From the NCBI GenBank assembly GCA_013285735.1, contig JABDGZ010000004.1, forward strand, positions 999 to 64,998: DNA of 64,000 nt. The letters run 5' to 3'. The notes under the pieces are model-generated. The model searched no databases and was not told where the DNA came from. It was given only the letters and a program-made list of their open reading frames with translations. Of this stretch, positions 14,459 through 24,907 are shown one piece after another. Position 1 is the stretch's first letter; every line of letters begins with the position of its first letter. Made by a program: the position numbers and the translations under genes. Origin of the DNA: Candidatus Omnitrophota bacterium. GTDB lineage: Bacteria > Omnitrophota > Gorgyraeia > Zapsychrales > Fredricksoniimonadaceae.

Positions 14459-17023
14459 TTACTTTATTATTCCTAACAGCGCCGGGACATTCTGAGTTGT
14501 TACAGGTTTAATACTGCGGATGATTGAGGTTAATCCATTCAAATTCATCATGGCACGGTCCTGATATTGAGCCGCAAGAGGCATGCCCATACCATCAACC
14601 TTGATATTCATCGTCAAATTTTCATCGCTCAAGTTGATACCACCAAGATCTGCCTCATGATGAGCCACAGCCGTCGCAGCCCTGTCCCTAGGGCTTGAAA
14701 AAGCATCTGTGGCAGCCAATATCAAATCATTTAAATCACGAATTCTTTTTTCAAGATCTCTAATCTTATACTTTGACTCCTTCCAAGCAATCGCCGTATT
14801 GACATCTTCTAATGCTTTTTCAACATTCTTTTGATCTTGACGAATATCACTAGCACTCCTTGCGCTACTAAAGAACGCTCCTAAATTCTTCACGAAATTC
14901 ATATTCTTTGATTCACTTTCAAGCGCCTCTTGTCTTCTTTTTAATGACATCCTCTCTAACTCTAAATTTTTCTCAATATCAAGATTTCTTATGTTTGCTT
15001 TATAGCCTGCTTTATAATTATTCTTGAACATTTGTCTTCCGGTAGCATCTATTTTTACCTCCATTCTTCTATTCAGTTCTTTCTGAGCATCTAAATCCCT
15101 TTCTGCATCTAGTAGACTTGCATTCAACATATCAACCGCCCCCGTTGTAGCCGCAGCTGATGGTGGGGTAGGAGTTGAAGTAGGCGCAGCTGGAGGCGCA
15201 TCGGGAATCTTAGCTAATAATTCATCCACTTCGCTCTGAAAATGAAGGATTGATATTCCAAGCTGATCAATCTCTTCGTGAGCTATAACCTCTAGTGTTT
15301 GTAAAACCCTTTCACTCGCCTCAATCTGCCTGTTGCTCTCGTCTAGCAGGGTTTCAATATTTGCTAAATTCTTTTTCATCTGCTTTCGAGTCTTTACTCT
15401 TATAAAAAGCCCGGTTAATTCATCAAAATTAAAAGGAAAACCTTGACCCCATAACGAGATACCCATCGCATCAACATAAGATCTTCTTTCGTCTTCATCC
15501 GCTTTTCTTTTAGCTTTCAAATAATCAATTCTTTTAGCTTGGTCCTTTATCCTCTCTAACCTATCGTTTACTTTATAAATACCCACCTGAAAATCACTGA
15601 TTCGACCGGTAAGATTTTGAAATTGGCCTTTCAAAATACCATCCATATCATGACCCTGCGCTTCTCCCAGCCTTTCCTTCGCAGCTTTAAATGTTTCTTG
15701 GGCCTTTAAAAATTTTATGTCTACAGACTCGCCCGTGCCTTCCCGAGCTTCTGCCACTGCCGCGACATCAACCTTACCTGCTGCAGCAACTGCCCTCCCG
15801 CCCAAAACCTGCGCATCGGTAAGGTGAGCAAAGGCCGTATGACTGGCAAAAACCGTCAATAAAACAGTCGCTAATGCAAATCTATGCATATTATTTCTCA
15901 TATTTCCCAAAAAAACAGCCACTCTTGCCTTGAAAGGACTTGTATTAATCTGCTCTTCAACCACCTGTTTCATCCCACCTGAAAAATATTTCCTTGGTAT
16001 TGTTTGGCCATCGGGAATGGCATCTTCTTTAATATAATTGAACACACCTTTCTTGTACGCCCTTAAATATTGCTTATATATTTTTTCCATCGCTTGCGGG
16101 TCGCTAAGCTTCTGCCCCGCGATCCGGGACCTATTGGCGAAAACTTGCCCTAAAAGACTTTGTTTAAGTGTCTTTTTAAACCATGTTGCCATGATCTCAG
16201 CGTTATACACTTGACGGACCGCAGCAAAACTCTTGCCCTCATTAACTTCCTTTTCAATAGCAGGAATAATAATTTCACGGACAATTGCTAAAGCCATCTG
16301 GGTCTTGGCATCTTTACTGGTATCCGGGATAGTTGAAATATTACCGAATTGTTCTTTATTTTTATCAATGGCCATATAATCCTGCTCAAGCATGACCTTC
16401 AGATGACTGTCTACCAAAAATGCTGTGTCACCTTTTTGATAAATATCCGCTTTATCAGCAACGATCCATACTTTGTTAAAAGTATTAACGCTGATATTGG
16501 TAGTGCCAAAACGGGCTTGGGCCTGTTGGTAAACCTCACTCCAAAACTTCTTGCCTAATCCGCTTTCCGGATAAATTAAAGATGCTGTGAATTGTTTGAG
16601 GATATAATCTTGAGCCAAAAGATCACGGCCCATTTCAGTTTGTCCAAAAACTTTAGGAATGATACGCTTGGACTCATAAGGAGAAAGATTCACCCACATA
16701 TCCGAATTCGGCATGGTAAGTGCAACCAAAAAATATTTAATAATTTTATTAAATTCTTCTTTTTCAACGCTATCCGACATAGGGGTTTCGCCACGATCCA
16801 TAATGAAGTCAAAATTAAACGGATCTTTGAGATTGATCTTAAGCCCTACCATCTGTGGTGGTTCAAAATGACGGGTAATATGAATCATCTGGCCCGGAGC
16901 TGGCATGACAATGCTCACCTGAGCATAACTGGGCTGGGCTGGAAGCAAACCAATGAATGCGACCAAAACGACAGAGACAATAAAACGAAATAATGAGGTC
17001 TTTTTAAATGTAATAGTACTCAT
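14459..17023 (-). CDS. Modular family member 1: signal peptide, conserved N domain, coiled-coil cargo, GGINL C domain
   Basis: N-terminal ~350 aa visibly homologous to 49263-52514 (DPFxFDFIxDxG, WVNLSPYE, TEMGRDLLA, TFNKVWIV, PRKYFSGG); C-terminal GGINL...LLG. Confidence 0.85.
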   Translation of the reverse strand: MSTITFKKTSLFRFIVSVVLVAFIGLLPAQPSYAQVSIVMPAPGQMIHITRHFEPPQMVGLKINLKDPFNFDFIMDRGETPMSDSVEKEEFNKIIKYFLVALTMPNSDMWVNLSPYESKRIIPKVFGQTEMGRDLLAQDYILKQFTASLIYPESGLGKKFWSEVYQQAQARFGTTNISVNTFNKVWIVADKADIYQKGDTAFLVDSHLKVMLEQDYMAIDKNKEQFGNISTIPDTSKDAKTQMALAIVREIIIPAIEKEVNEGKSFAAVRQVYNAEIMATWFKKTLKQSLLGQVFANRSRIAGQKLSDPQAMEKIYKQYLRAYKKGVFNYIKEDAIPDGQTIPRKYFSGGMKQVVEEQINTSPFKARVAVFLGNMRNNMHRFALATVLLTVFASHTAFAHLTDAQVLGGRAVAAAGKVDVAAVAEAREGTGESVDIKFLKAQETFKAAKERLGEAQGHDMDGILKGQFQNLTGRISDFQVGIYKVNDRLERIKDQAKRIDYLKAKRKADEDERRSYVDAMGISLWGQGFPFNFDELTGLFIRVKTRKQMKKNLANIETLLDESNRQIEASERVLQTLEVIAHEEIDQLGISILHFQSEVDELLAKIPDAPPAAPTSTPTPPSAAATTGAVDMLNASLLDAERDLDAQKELNRRMEVKIDATGRQMFKNNYKAGYKANIRNLDIEKNLELERMSLKRRQEALESESKNMNFVKNLGAFFSSARSASDIRQDQKNVEKALEDVNTAIAWKESKYKIRDLEKRIRDLNDLILAATDAFSSPRDRAATAVAHHEADLGGINLSDENLTMNIKVDGMGMPLAAQYQDRAMMNLNGLTSIIRSIKPVTTQNVPALLGIIK

Positions 17024-17117
17024 TTTTGCTCTTAATATTATTAATAAAGTATTTAGGCAAAGTATAACATCTATTGTATAAGAATGCCAAAAAGTTAATG
17101 TTGGGATGTCTGCGAAA

Positions 17118-17972
17118 TTACTGCGGGATGCGCTTGCCTATTTTTGATAAAATTTGACTGTAGTTGCACTCGCTGGATATAAGATAGTATTCTTTCATAT
17201 GCCAGCTAACAGGTTCACGATTAAATAGATCAACTTCAACAGTATCTAAAACCTTACCATCTGAAATCCGGCGAAGATCAATCCCTGCCTTACGGATAAT
17301 AGGCCAGCTTCCGGCAAAATCCCATAAATGGCAGCGCAAAAAACAACCAATCCCCCGGCCAATGGTTGGCCAACAGAGATTAACCACTGCGCAAGCATGG
17401 ATCATGATATGAAAATCTCTATCATTCCAAAAAAACTTATCAAAAAATGTGTCATTGCAAAAGAATATGGATTGGGCAGACAATTCTTCATCTAAAGGAA
17501 CGATCTTAGTTTTAATTTCTTTAGGGCCAAAAGCATCTTGGACAAAATAGGCTTCAGTACCATCGCAATAAAAAAGTTCATTGAGCATAGGAAAATACAC
17601 AACGCCCAGCCACGGCTTTAAATCCTTAATTAACCCGATAGAAACGCCAAATAAAGGCATGTGATTAGCATACAGACGTGTCCCATCAATAGGGTCCACG
17701 GCCCAGATAAATGAAGTCTTATCAAGGCGCTTTTGCTCCAAGTATTCAGCAATACCTGGATCTTCCTCATCGATAAGAATATGCCCGGGGTCTTGCAAAA
17801 AATCACTGAGCCGCTCGCGGGCTAACTTTGAAATGGCCTTGTCAGCCAAGGTTATAATGGTGTGATCTTGCTTTAACCCTGGCTCGCTTTTACCCATCAA
17901 ATTCAAAGCAATGCCGCCTGCCTCGCGAGCCAAGAATAACATGCGTTCTAAATAAATATCGGAAGAAATCAT
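17118..17972 (-). CDS. Inositol monophosphatase family protein
   Basis: DEE, WAVDPIDGT, LWDFAG. Confidence 0.88.
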   Translation of the reverse strand: MISSDIYLERMLFLAREAGGIALNLMGKSEPGLKQDHTIITLADKAISKLARERLSDFLQDPGHILIDEEDPGIAEYLEQKRLDKTSFIWAVDPIDGTRLYANHMPLFGVSIGLIKDLKPWLGVVYFPMLNELFYCDGTEAYFVQDAFGPKEIKTKIVPLDEELSAQSIFFCNDTFFDKFFWNDRDFHIMIHACAVVNLCWPTIGRGIGCFLRCHLWDFAGSWPIIRKAGIDLRRISDGKVLDTVEVDLFNREPVSWHMKEYYLISSECNYSQILSKIGKRIPQ

Positions 17973-19135
17973 GATGTTGGGTAAAATAAGGCCATGCTGT
18001 TGGTAAACCCGTGCAGAAAATTAATGCCCCCTACCGGGCCGATTTCCCCTGCACAAAAAAATCCCGCTGCCGGCACAGGGCCCAGGTGATGCTGGATGAT
18101 CTTGATATCATGGTCACGCTCTTTAAATAAATTAACACCGCGCCCATTGCATGAAAAAACAAAAGCCCCATGAGCAGCAACAGCTTGCTTTTTAGTTTTA
18201 TATTGTTTTAATAATTCATGCAAATCTTCTTGTGCTGTCTTGGCATCACGCACATGAAATTGGATGGTCTGCCCCACGTGCATATGATCCCCTACCGCAC
18301 CAGCACCGCTTTGAGGTTCAACCCCCATCACGCCGCGGATTAAAAAATCACCCCGTTTAAATTTATCTTTGTATTCATCCATGGCGATACCAATAAAAAT
18401 AGCTTCGTGGGCTAAATGACGATCATAGTCCGTGCCTTTATTCAATACTTCTTCTAAAACTTTATAAAAAGGCCGTCCGGCTAATTCATAAATAATGTTG
18501 CGTTCAGCGCGAGTCACAATGAATGTTTCTCCAATGGGCCGGCATCCTTGAGATACTACGGTTTCCACCCTCAGATTACCTGTAAGGCAAACACCGACAA
18601 GACCTTCCCGCATCACTTCCCCATCCAACATTAATATGTTTTCTCCAGGTTCGGAAGCTGCAGAAGCTAAACCTCCCACGATAGGCATTCCGGGGTACGC
18701 TTGATTTAAACCTGCCAAAAAAGCATTGCCATCAAATGCAAAAGGATCAGCAAATACGACAAAGTTAGGTTTTTCGTTCGGATATACTTCAAAAAAATTA
18801 TACCAATCCTCCTTGTTCTTTATGGCTTCCAACACAGGCTGAGTTAATGCAAAGGGTGTAATTTTTACCTGCGGCAGGCGCATCAGCATCAAAGATGCCG
18901 ACGGACGACCTTCAATCTCGCGCTCAGCACCGATGATACCGGCACAGGTACAGCAGATCAAATGACGCATCTTCCCCTGGGCCTTCAAGGCATGAAATAA
19001 TTCCAACGGGTCATAGGGCGGCCAGGGACAAACATATAAAATCCCTAAGTCAAAATCACCCTCAATTCCCATTAACAACTCGGAAATGATTTGAGGCACA
19101 TTATTTGCTTCAGTGATGCGATTGGTGAATTCCAT
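17969..19135 (-). CDS. FIST N/C domain protein
   Basis: VGGLAS, VSQGCRPIG, FSCNGRG, GFFCAGEIGP. Confidence 0.9.
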   Translation of the reverse strand: MEFTNRITEANNVPQIISELLMGIEGDFDLGILYVCPWPPYDPLELFHALKAQGKMRHLICCTCAGIIGAEREIEGRPSASLMLMRLPQVKITPFALTQPVLEAIKNKEDWYNFFEVYPNEKPNFVVFADPFAFDGNAFLAGLNQAYPGMPIVGGLASAASEPGENILMLDGEVMREGLVGVCLTGNLRVETVVSQGCRPIGETFIVTRAERNIIYELAGRPFYKVLEEVLNKGTDYDRHLAHEAIFIGIAMDEYKDKFKRGDFLIRGVMGVEPQSGAGAVGDHMHVGQTIQFHVRDAKTAQEDLHELLKQYKTKKQAVAAHGAFVFSCNGRGVNLFKERDHDIKIIQHHLGPVPAAGFFCAGEIGPVGGINFLHGFTNSMALFYPTS

Positions 19136-19181
19136 AAGTCCATTATAAAATGTTGAGGAACAATTGCAATAAGGGTGGTAG

Positions 19182-19613
19182 TTATTTTGCAGAAGATCGA
19201 ATCATGAGAATGGGGATGTCGGTGTGGTGACGCAATTTGTCTGCTACCGACCCTAAAATCATATCTTCTATAAACTGATGCCCATGGGTGGCCATGGCAA
19301 TAAGATCACATCCTTCATCTTGAGCAACGGCTAAAATACCGTCTACAGGCTCTTTACCTTGCACTAAAATCGCTTGAACCTTAAAACCGTCCTTTTTCAA
19401 GCTGGCACCTACTTGGTCTAAATATGCTTGATCATTTTTAATTTCTTCAGAATCAGCCAAATTTAGCTGGTCTTGCAACTGTGCGGCAAAACCATCTGCC
19501 ACATGAACCAGGACCAACTTGGCATGAGTCAATGTGGCCAGTTTACGGATATGCAGCAGGATCGTTTCATCCGTCGCTGAATTATCCAAAGGGATGATTA
19601 TTTTTTTATACAC
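19182..19613 (-). CDS. Universal stress protein
   Basis: YKKIIIPLDNS, DLIAMATHG, LGSVA. Confidence 0.9.
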   Translation of the reverse strand: MYKKIIIPLDNSATDETILLHIRKLATLTHAKLVLVHVADGFAAQLQDQLNLADSEEIKNDQAYLDQVGASLKKDGFKVQAILVQGKEPVDGILAVAQDEGCDLIAMATHGHQFIEDMILGSVADKLRHHTDIPILMIRSSAK

Positions 19614-20165
19614 TTAATTCTTCCACTTGATAGAACACCCCATGGAAGGGGTTTGCTTAGCAGCAATCGGACGACCAGCAGCCATATTGTTCATGGCTTC
19701 TTTTAATTCTTCACGGGTGACCGCCTCTTCGTCTTTCCAATTATCATCAATGCGTCCGTGATAGACGAGAGTTTTATTTTTATCAAACAAATAAATATCT
19801 GGTGTGCATTGGGCCCGAAAGCTATCTGCGACCTGCTGTGTTTCGTCAACAAGGTATGGAAAATCAATACCTAACTCCTTGATCTTCAGGATCATTTTAT
19901 CAGGAGCATCATCGGGAAAATCAGGATTGATATTAGGATTAATGGCAACACTGTTAACCCTCATCCCACGGCCATACTGGGCCAAACGAATAACTCTGGA
20001 CCAGACAGCCAAGGCATAGGGGCAGTGATTGCAGGTGAAGACCACCAATAAACCACGCTCGCCAAAAAGCCCCGCAGATGTATAAGATTTACCGAACGCG
20101 TCTTTTAATTCAAAATCCGGTATGATGGTGCCTAAAGGGATTTTGATAGATTCTAATAGAGCCAT
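19614..20165 (-). CDS. Thioredoxin-family/AhpC-TSA redoxin
   Basis: CNHCPY, YHGRIDD, SMGCSIKW; GGAGG before ATG 20165. Confidence 0.88.
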   Translation of the reverse strand: MALLESIKIPLGTIIPDFELKDAFGKSYTSAGLFGERGLLVVFTCNHCPYALAVWSRVIRLAQYGRGMRVNSVAINPNINPDFPDDAPDKMILKIKELGIDFPYLVDETQQVADSFRAQCTPDIYLFDKNKTLVYHGRIDDNWKDEEAVTREELKEAMNNMAAGRPIAAKQTPSMGCSIKWKN

Positions 20166-20248
20166 TTGATTAACCTCCAATTTTCATATAAACTAATCTG
20201 TCATTGCGAGGAGCCATGACATTAACCATTATAAGTTCGAGGTACTTT

Positions 20249-20890
20249 ATGTCAAGATTACTGATTCAGCAATATGAAATAGGCCCCCTCAATAATTTTC
20301 TTTATCTTTTAGGTGACCCTGAAACAAAGGAAATGGCCATCGTTGACCCTGCCTGGGATGTGGATTTTCTCTGCAAGGAGGCCAAACGCCTAGGTTACAA
20401 AATCACCAAGATTTTCCTAACACATGCTCACCCTGATCACGTCAACGGCCTTGATAAACTTTTATCCATACATCAAGTGCCCGTCTATATTTCAAAATAT
20501 GAATATTTAGCCCTACGGCCACGCGTGACAGGTCTTGTAGATGTTACAGAGAAAGATAAACTATCGGTCGGAAAAATCAGCTTCGATATCCTGCACACGC
20601 CGGGCCATACCCCAGGCTGTCAATGCTTCCTCGCCCAAGGGCAACTCATTAGCGGGGATACTCTTTTTATCGATGGATGCGGAAGATGCGATCTGCCAGG
20701 CAGTAATCCTACAGAGATGTACAACAGTTTATACAACATCGTCATGAAACTGCCTGATGAAACGATTGTTTATCCAGGACATAATTACGGCGAAACTACC
20801 ACCGACACCATAGGCCATCAGAAACAAACCAACCCTTATTTGCAATGTAATAATCTTAATGAATTCCTGGTTGAGCGGATGGGACTATAA
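20249..20890 (+). CDS. MBL-fold metallo-hydrolase (glyoxalase II-like)
   Basis: THAHPDH, HTPGHT, GDTLF, PGH; ATG 20249 preferred over TTG 20204. Confidence 0.9.
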   Translation: MSRLLIQQYEIGPLNNFLYLLGDPETKEMAIVDPAWDVDFLCKEAKRLGYKITKIFLTHAHPDHVNGLDKLLSIHQVPVYISKYEYLALRPRVTGLVDVTEKDKLSVGKISFDILHTPGHTPGCQCFLAQGQLISGDTLFIDGCGRCDLPGSNPTEMYNSLYNIVMKLPDETIVYPGHNYGETTTDTIGHQKQTNPYLQCNNLNEFLVERMGL

Positions 20891-21451
20891 TTAATCCTGC
20901 AGTTGAAGCGAGCGGATCATTTCGTTAACATACAAACCATCCTCGGAGTATTTATTCATGTCTCCCAAAAAGGTCAGGATATAGACTTGAGTGCTGCGTA
21001 GTACCCAGGCATTGACCATTTTTAAATGGTCAGGCTTGGGCGCGTCTATGGCCATCTTATGGCCTTCACGCCAACCCCAGTGAAGATCTTTGTCCTCGAC
21101 AATTTTGATACTTTTTCCGAATACTGCTGTCATTTGCTTTTTAACGATGGTCGTGTACTGGGCCAAATTGAAAATACTGCCTGGCACCGGCTGAACAGTC
21201 ACGTTAAAATTTTCCTGCAACACATCAAAAGCTGTATCTTTGGGACGCATGAATACCACGGCCACATCTGCCCGTGGATGAATGATCACCTTCCAGGTCT
21301 TAGGATATTTGATGGAGAATTTATACTGGTCATCTTGGTAGACATTAAACTGAAAAATAAAATACACATAAAATCCCAACGCAGCTAAAAGAAGAAAGCC
21401 AGCTGTTGAGGCAATGCCGATAAGTATGTTCTTTTTGAAAGAAGCTTTCAT
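20891..21451 (-). CDS. Membrane-anchored PsbP/DcrB-like protein
   Basis: N-terminal TM; FSIKYPKTW; ENFNVTV; YILTF. Confidence 0.6.
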   Translation of the reverse strand: MKASFKKNILIGIASTAGFLLLAALGFYVYFIFQFNVYQDDQYKFSIKYPKTWKVIIHPRADVAVVFMRPKDTAFDVLQENFNVTVQPVPGSIFNLAQYTTIVKKQMTAVFGKSIKIVEDKDLHWGWREGHKMAIDAPKPDHLKMVNAWVLRSTQVYILTFLGDMNKYSEDGLYVNEMIRSLQLQD

Positions 21452-21459
21452 TATATAAA

Positions 21460-21484
21460 GATTCCGGCTTACGCCGGAATGACA
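21460..21484 (+). repeat. REP-like palindrome, family A variant
   Basis: GATTCCGGCTTACGCCGGAATGACA; changed stem bases still pair. Confidence 0.7.
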
Positions 21485-21487
21485 TTA

Positions 21488-23602
21488 CTAATTATAGAAT
21501 TTCCTACCCTGATTTTTCAAATCCAAAATATACGCACATGGTTTAAAACGGCCATCTTTGAAACGTGCTTCCAATTTTTCCATTGCTTCCACTAACTTGT
21601 CTATACCCATCGAATCGGCATAACGTAAAAGACCACCCCTAAACGGCGGGAAGCCTGTCCCCATGATCATACCGATATCCACGGCATCAGGCCCATCAAC
21701 CACTTTCTCCTGTAAAATCATAGCAGCCTCATTGATCATGACAAACATCATCCGTTCGATCGATTCCTCTTCTGAGACACCGGCACCTGTTTTCACGAGG
21801 GCCTGTACTTCAGGATTGACCACGCGTTCTTTACCATGGATATAAAATCCTTTTCCGGATTTCTTACCAAGAAGTTTCTTAGGAAGCACCTCGTCAAATA
21901 TTCTTGACGGCTTAAAACGCGGGCCTAAGCCCGTCTCCAAAATATGAAGCACCTTGACCCCTACATCCAAACCAACCTCGTCGGATAAGGTAAAAGGCCC
22001 CATGGGCATGCCAAAGTTGGTAGCAAAACGGTCAATGCTTGTGATAGAGCCGCCTTCATCTAAAAGACGTCCTGCCTCATTGATATACCCTAATAAAATA
22101 CGATTAACTAAAAAGCCAGGCGCATCTTTGACAATCACCGGCGTCTTACCGAGTTTCTTGGCAAAATCTAAAGTTGTGACCAGGGTTTGCTGTGAGGTGT
22201 ATTCTGTCGTGATAATTTCAATCAATGGCATGCGGTGTACTGGATTAAAAAAGTGAAAACCAATCACCCTCGAGGGATCTTTAGAAACACGTGCCATCTC
22301 TGTCACTGATAACGATGAGGTATTCGATGCCAAAATAGCCTTATCAGATAACACATTGCTGACTTCTGCAAAAACCTTTTTCTTAACATCCATATTCTCA
22401 ACAACAGCCTCAATGGCAATATCAACGCTCGCAAAACCGCTATAATCTACTGTCCCTGAAATCATCGCCATTTTGGCAGCCACATCATAGGGCTTTGCTT
22501 TCTTTCTTTTCATGGCCTGCGCGTAAACATCGTAAGCAGCCTTAAGACCCTTGGCAATAGCGTCTTGATTGATATCTTTAAGCCGCGCCCAAACGCCGCG
22601 ATCACTAAATAACTGGGCAATCCCTCCACCCATAATTCCAGCCCCAATAACCGCACCCTTGGCAATGGGCATGGGCTTGACATTTTCAGCACCGGGAACA
22701 GTCAATTTCTTATATTTCTCTGTTAAATAAAATAAACTCACCAGATTTTTAGATATCGACGTGATAGCAAGGTCCGCAAACGCGCTGGATTCAATATCTA
22801 AGGCATGTTCACGAGGCAAATACAGGGTCTTTCTGATCACCTCTACTGCTTTGAGCGGAGCTGGATAAAAACCTTTGGTAGCTTTTTGGATAGACTTGAT
22901 TGTTTCTTTATAAACCACCATCTGCCCCAGAGGATTTTTTTCTAAAAACGCAGGGAGACCTTTTAAGGCCACTAGTTTGAAAATACGTTTATTCGGTTGA
23001 GAGGCAATTTCCTCGACAAACTCAGCCACACGTTCTGATAAGCCAACCGTTGGGTAAAGCCTGTCAGCCAAGCCGCATTTAAACGCAGCTGAAGAATTAA
23101 TAGGACTCGCAGAAACAATCATTTTTAATGCCTGTTGAAGCCCAACCAGACGCGGTAAACGATAGGTGCCGCCAAATCCCGGCACAAAACCTAAATTAAC
23201 TTCGGGAAGACCAATGCGGATACGATCATTGAAAGTCATAACCCTATATCGGCAAGCCAAAGCTAACTCACATCCGCCTCCTAATGCCACCCCATCAATC
23301 ACAGCTACCGTCGGATACGGCAAGTCTTCTATCTTATCCATGACCCGCTGACCAGCCTGGGCTTTTGATTTACCATCAGCATGTTCAGTGATATTTTCAA
23401 TTTCCTTGATATCAGCACCAGCAATAAAAATATCCTTCTTGGCGCTTTGGATGATTAAAACTTTAAGGCTTTTATTTTTTAGATCATCAAGCATTTTATC
23501 CAAAGTCAAAAGTGTAGCAGAATTTAAAACATTGACCTTGGAATCCGGCTGATCAAAGGTGATCGTACCAATATTATTTTCTTCTTTATAAAAAACGGAC
23601 AT
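21488..23602 (-). CDS. fadJ: Fatty-acid oxidation complex alpha (enoyl-CoA hydratase / 3-hydroxyacyl-CoA dehydrogenase)
   Basis: AGADI, GGGCELALAC, PEVNLG, GAGIMGGGIA, HFFNPV. Confidence 0.85.
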   Translation of the reverse strand: MSVFYKEENNIGTITFDQPDSKVNVLNSATLLTLDKMLDDLKNKSLKVLIIQSAKKDIFIAGADIKEIENITEHADGKSKAQAGQRVMDKIEDLPYPTVAVIDGVALGGGCELALACRYRVMTFNDRIRIGLPEVNLGFVPGFGGTYRLPRLVGLQQALKMIVSASPINSSAAFKCGLADRLYPTVGLSERVAEFVEEIASQPNKRIFKLVALKGLPAFLEKNPLGQMVVYKETIKSIQKATKGFYPAPLKAVEVIRKTLYLPREHALDIESSAFADLAITSISKNLVSLFYLTEKYKKLTVPGAENVKPMPIAKGAVIGAGIMGGGIAQLFSDRGVWARLKDINQDAIAKGLKAAYDVYAQAMKRKKAKPYDVAAKMAMISGTVDYSGFASVDIAIEAVVENMDVKKKVFAEVSNVLSDKAILASNTSSLSVTEMARVSKDPSRVIGFHFFNPVHRMPLIEIITTEYTSQQTLVTTLDFAKKLGKTPVIVKDAPGFLVNRILLGYINEAGRLLDEGGSITSIDRFATNFGMPMGPFTLSDEVGLDVGVKVLHILETGLGPRFKPSRIFDEVLPKKLLGKKSGKGFYIHGKERVVNPEVQALVKTGAGVSEEESIERMMFVMINEAAMILQEKVVDGPDAVDIGMIMGTGFPPFRGGLLRYADSMGIDKLVEAMEKLEARFKDGRFKPCAYILDLKNQGRKFYN

Positions 23603-23617
23603 AAATTATCTCCTGTT

Positions 23618-24895
23618 TTATCTTTCTAAAACCACTGCAGCACCCTGACCACCGCCGATACACAAAGACACGAGACCAGCATTGAGATTATTACGGTTTA
23701 AATGTTTGAGCATGGTTAAAATCAATCTGGCACCTGTCGTTCCCACCGGATGTCCTAAAGCAATAGCCCCGCCATGAACATTTAACTTGGCTGGATCAAT
23801 CTGGCCGGTATAACCTTCGTAGCCAAAATCTTTAGCGAATTTATCTGAGGCCAATGCACGCTCGCAGGCGATAATCTGAGCTGCAAAAGCTTCGTTGATT
23901 TCAATAGCTTGGCATTCAGAAAGCTTCATACCAGCCTTCTTCAAGGCTTTTGGTATGGCGTGTGCCGGTCCAATGCCCATGCGATTAGGCTCAACCCCGG
24001 CCATGGCAAAACTTCGGATATACCCTAATGGTTTCATACCAAGTTCTTTGGCGCGTGATTCGCTGACAACTAAAAGGGCACATGCACCGTCGGTAATCTG
24101 AGAAGAATTACCAGCCGTCACTGTTCCTGTACCCCGTTCGAAAAATGGTTTTAATTTGGCCAGCGCTTCTATGGTCTGTCCCTCACGTGGGCCGTTATCA
24201 TCGACTACTGCTTCTTTATATTTAGGTCCTGGAATTACAGGTACAATTTCTTCCCGTAAAATCGCCCGTGCGGCTATCGCTTTTTGATGAGAGGCCAAAG
24301 CAAATTCATCCTGTTCCCGGCGGGTAATACCAAACTCTTTGACTAATACCTCAGCTGTCTGCCCCATGTTCAGGCCGCATACCGGATCAGTCAGCCCTAA
24401 CTGCAGCCCTATTTTGGGTACTAAAAAATGATGCGGCCGTATTTTGGCAAAACCCTGCAATTTTTCCGGCAGGGTCTTGGCCCGTGAAATTCCGGTTAAA
24501 ATTTCCTGATACTCTTTAGATAAAAAAAATGGGATATTGCTCATGGACTCGGTGCCGCCGGTCATATAGCAAGAACCTTCCCCTGCCCTGATTTTAATGG
24601 CTGCATTAACAACCGCTTCAATACCAGAGGCACAATTGCGATGCACGGTAACCGCAGGTACGGTTTTTGGGATTCCGGCCAGCAAAGCAACCACACGGGC
24701 GATATTAGCTGCATCCGCAGGCTGCCCCACACATCCGATGATCACCTCATCAATCAAGTTAACATCCAAACCCATACGCTCAATCAATTCACGCACGGCA
24801 ATACGCCCTAATTCCTGGGCGCTCAGATAATTAAAATTCGCCCCCATTTTGGAAAACGGGGTACGTATACCATCGACGATCGCTATTCTTTCCAT
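23618..24895 (-). CDS. Acetyl-CoA C-acyltransferase (thiolase)
   Basis: NCASG, NEAFA, GHPVG, CIGGGQG. Confidence 0.93.
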   Translation of the reverse strand: MERIAIVDGIRTPFSKMGANFNYLSAQELGRIAVRELIERMGLDVNLIDEVIIGCVGQPADAANIARVVALLAGIPKTVPAVTVHRNCASGIEAVVNAAIKIRAGEGSCYMTGGTESMSNIPFFLSKEYQEILTGISRAKTLPEKLQGFAKIRPHHFLVPKIGLQLGLTDPVCGLNMGQTAEVLVKEFGITRREQDEFALASHQKAIAARAILREEIVPVIPGPKYKEAVVDDNGPREGQTIEALAKLKPFFERGTGTVTAGNSSQITDGACALLVVSESRAKELGMKPLGYIRSFAMAGVEPNRMGIGPAHAIPKALKKAGMKLSECQAIEINEAFAAQIIACERALASDKFAKDFGYEGYTGQIDPAKLNVHGGAIALGHPVGTTGARLILTMLKHLNRNNLNAGLVSLCIGGGQGAAVVLER

Positions 24896-24907
24896 AATTT
24901 CCCCTCT

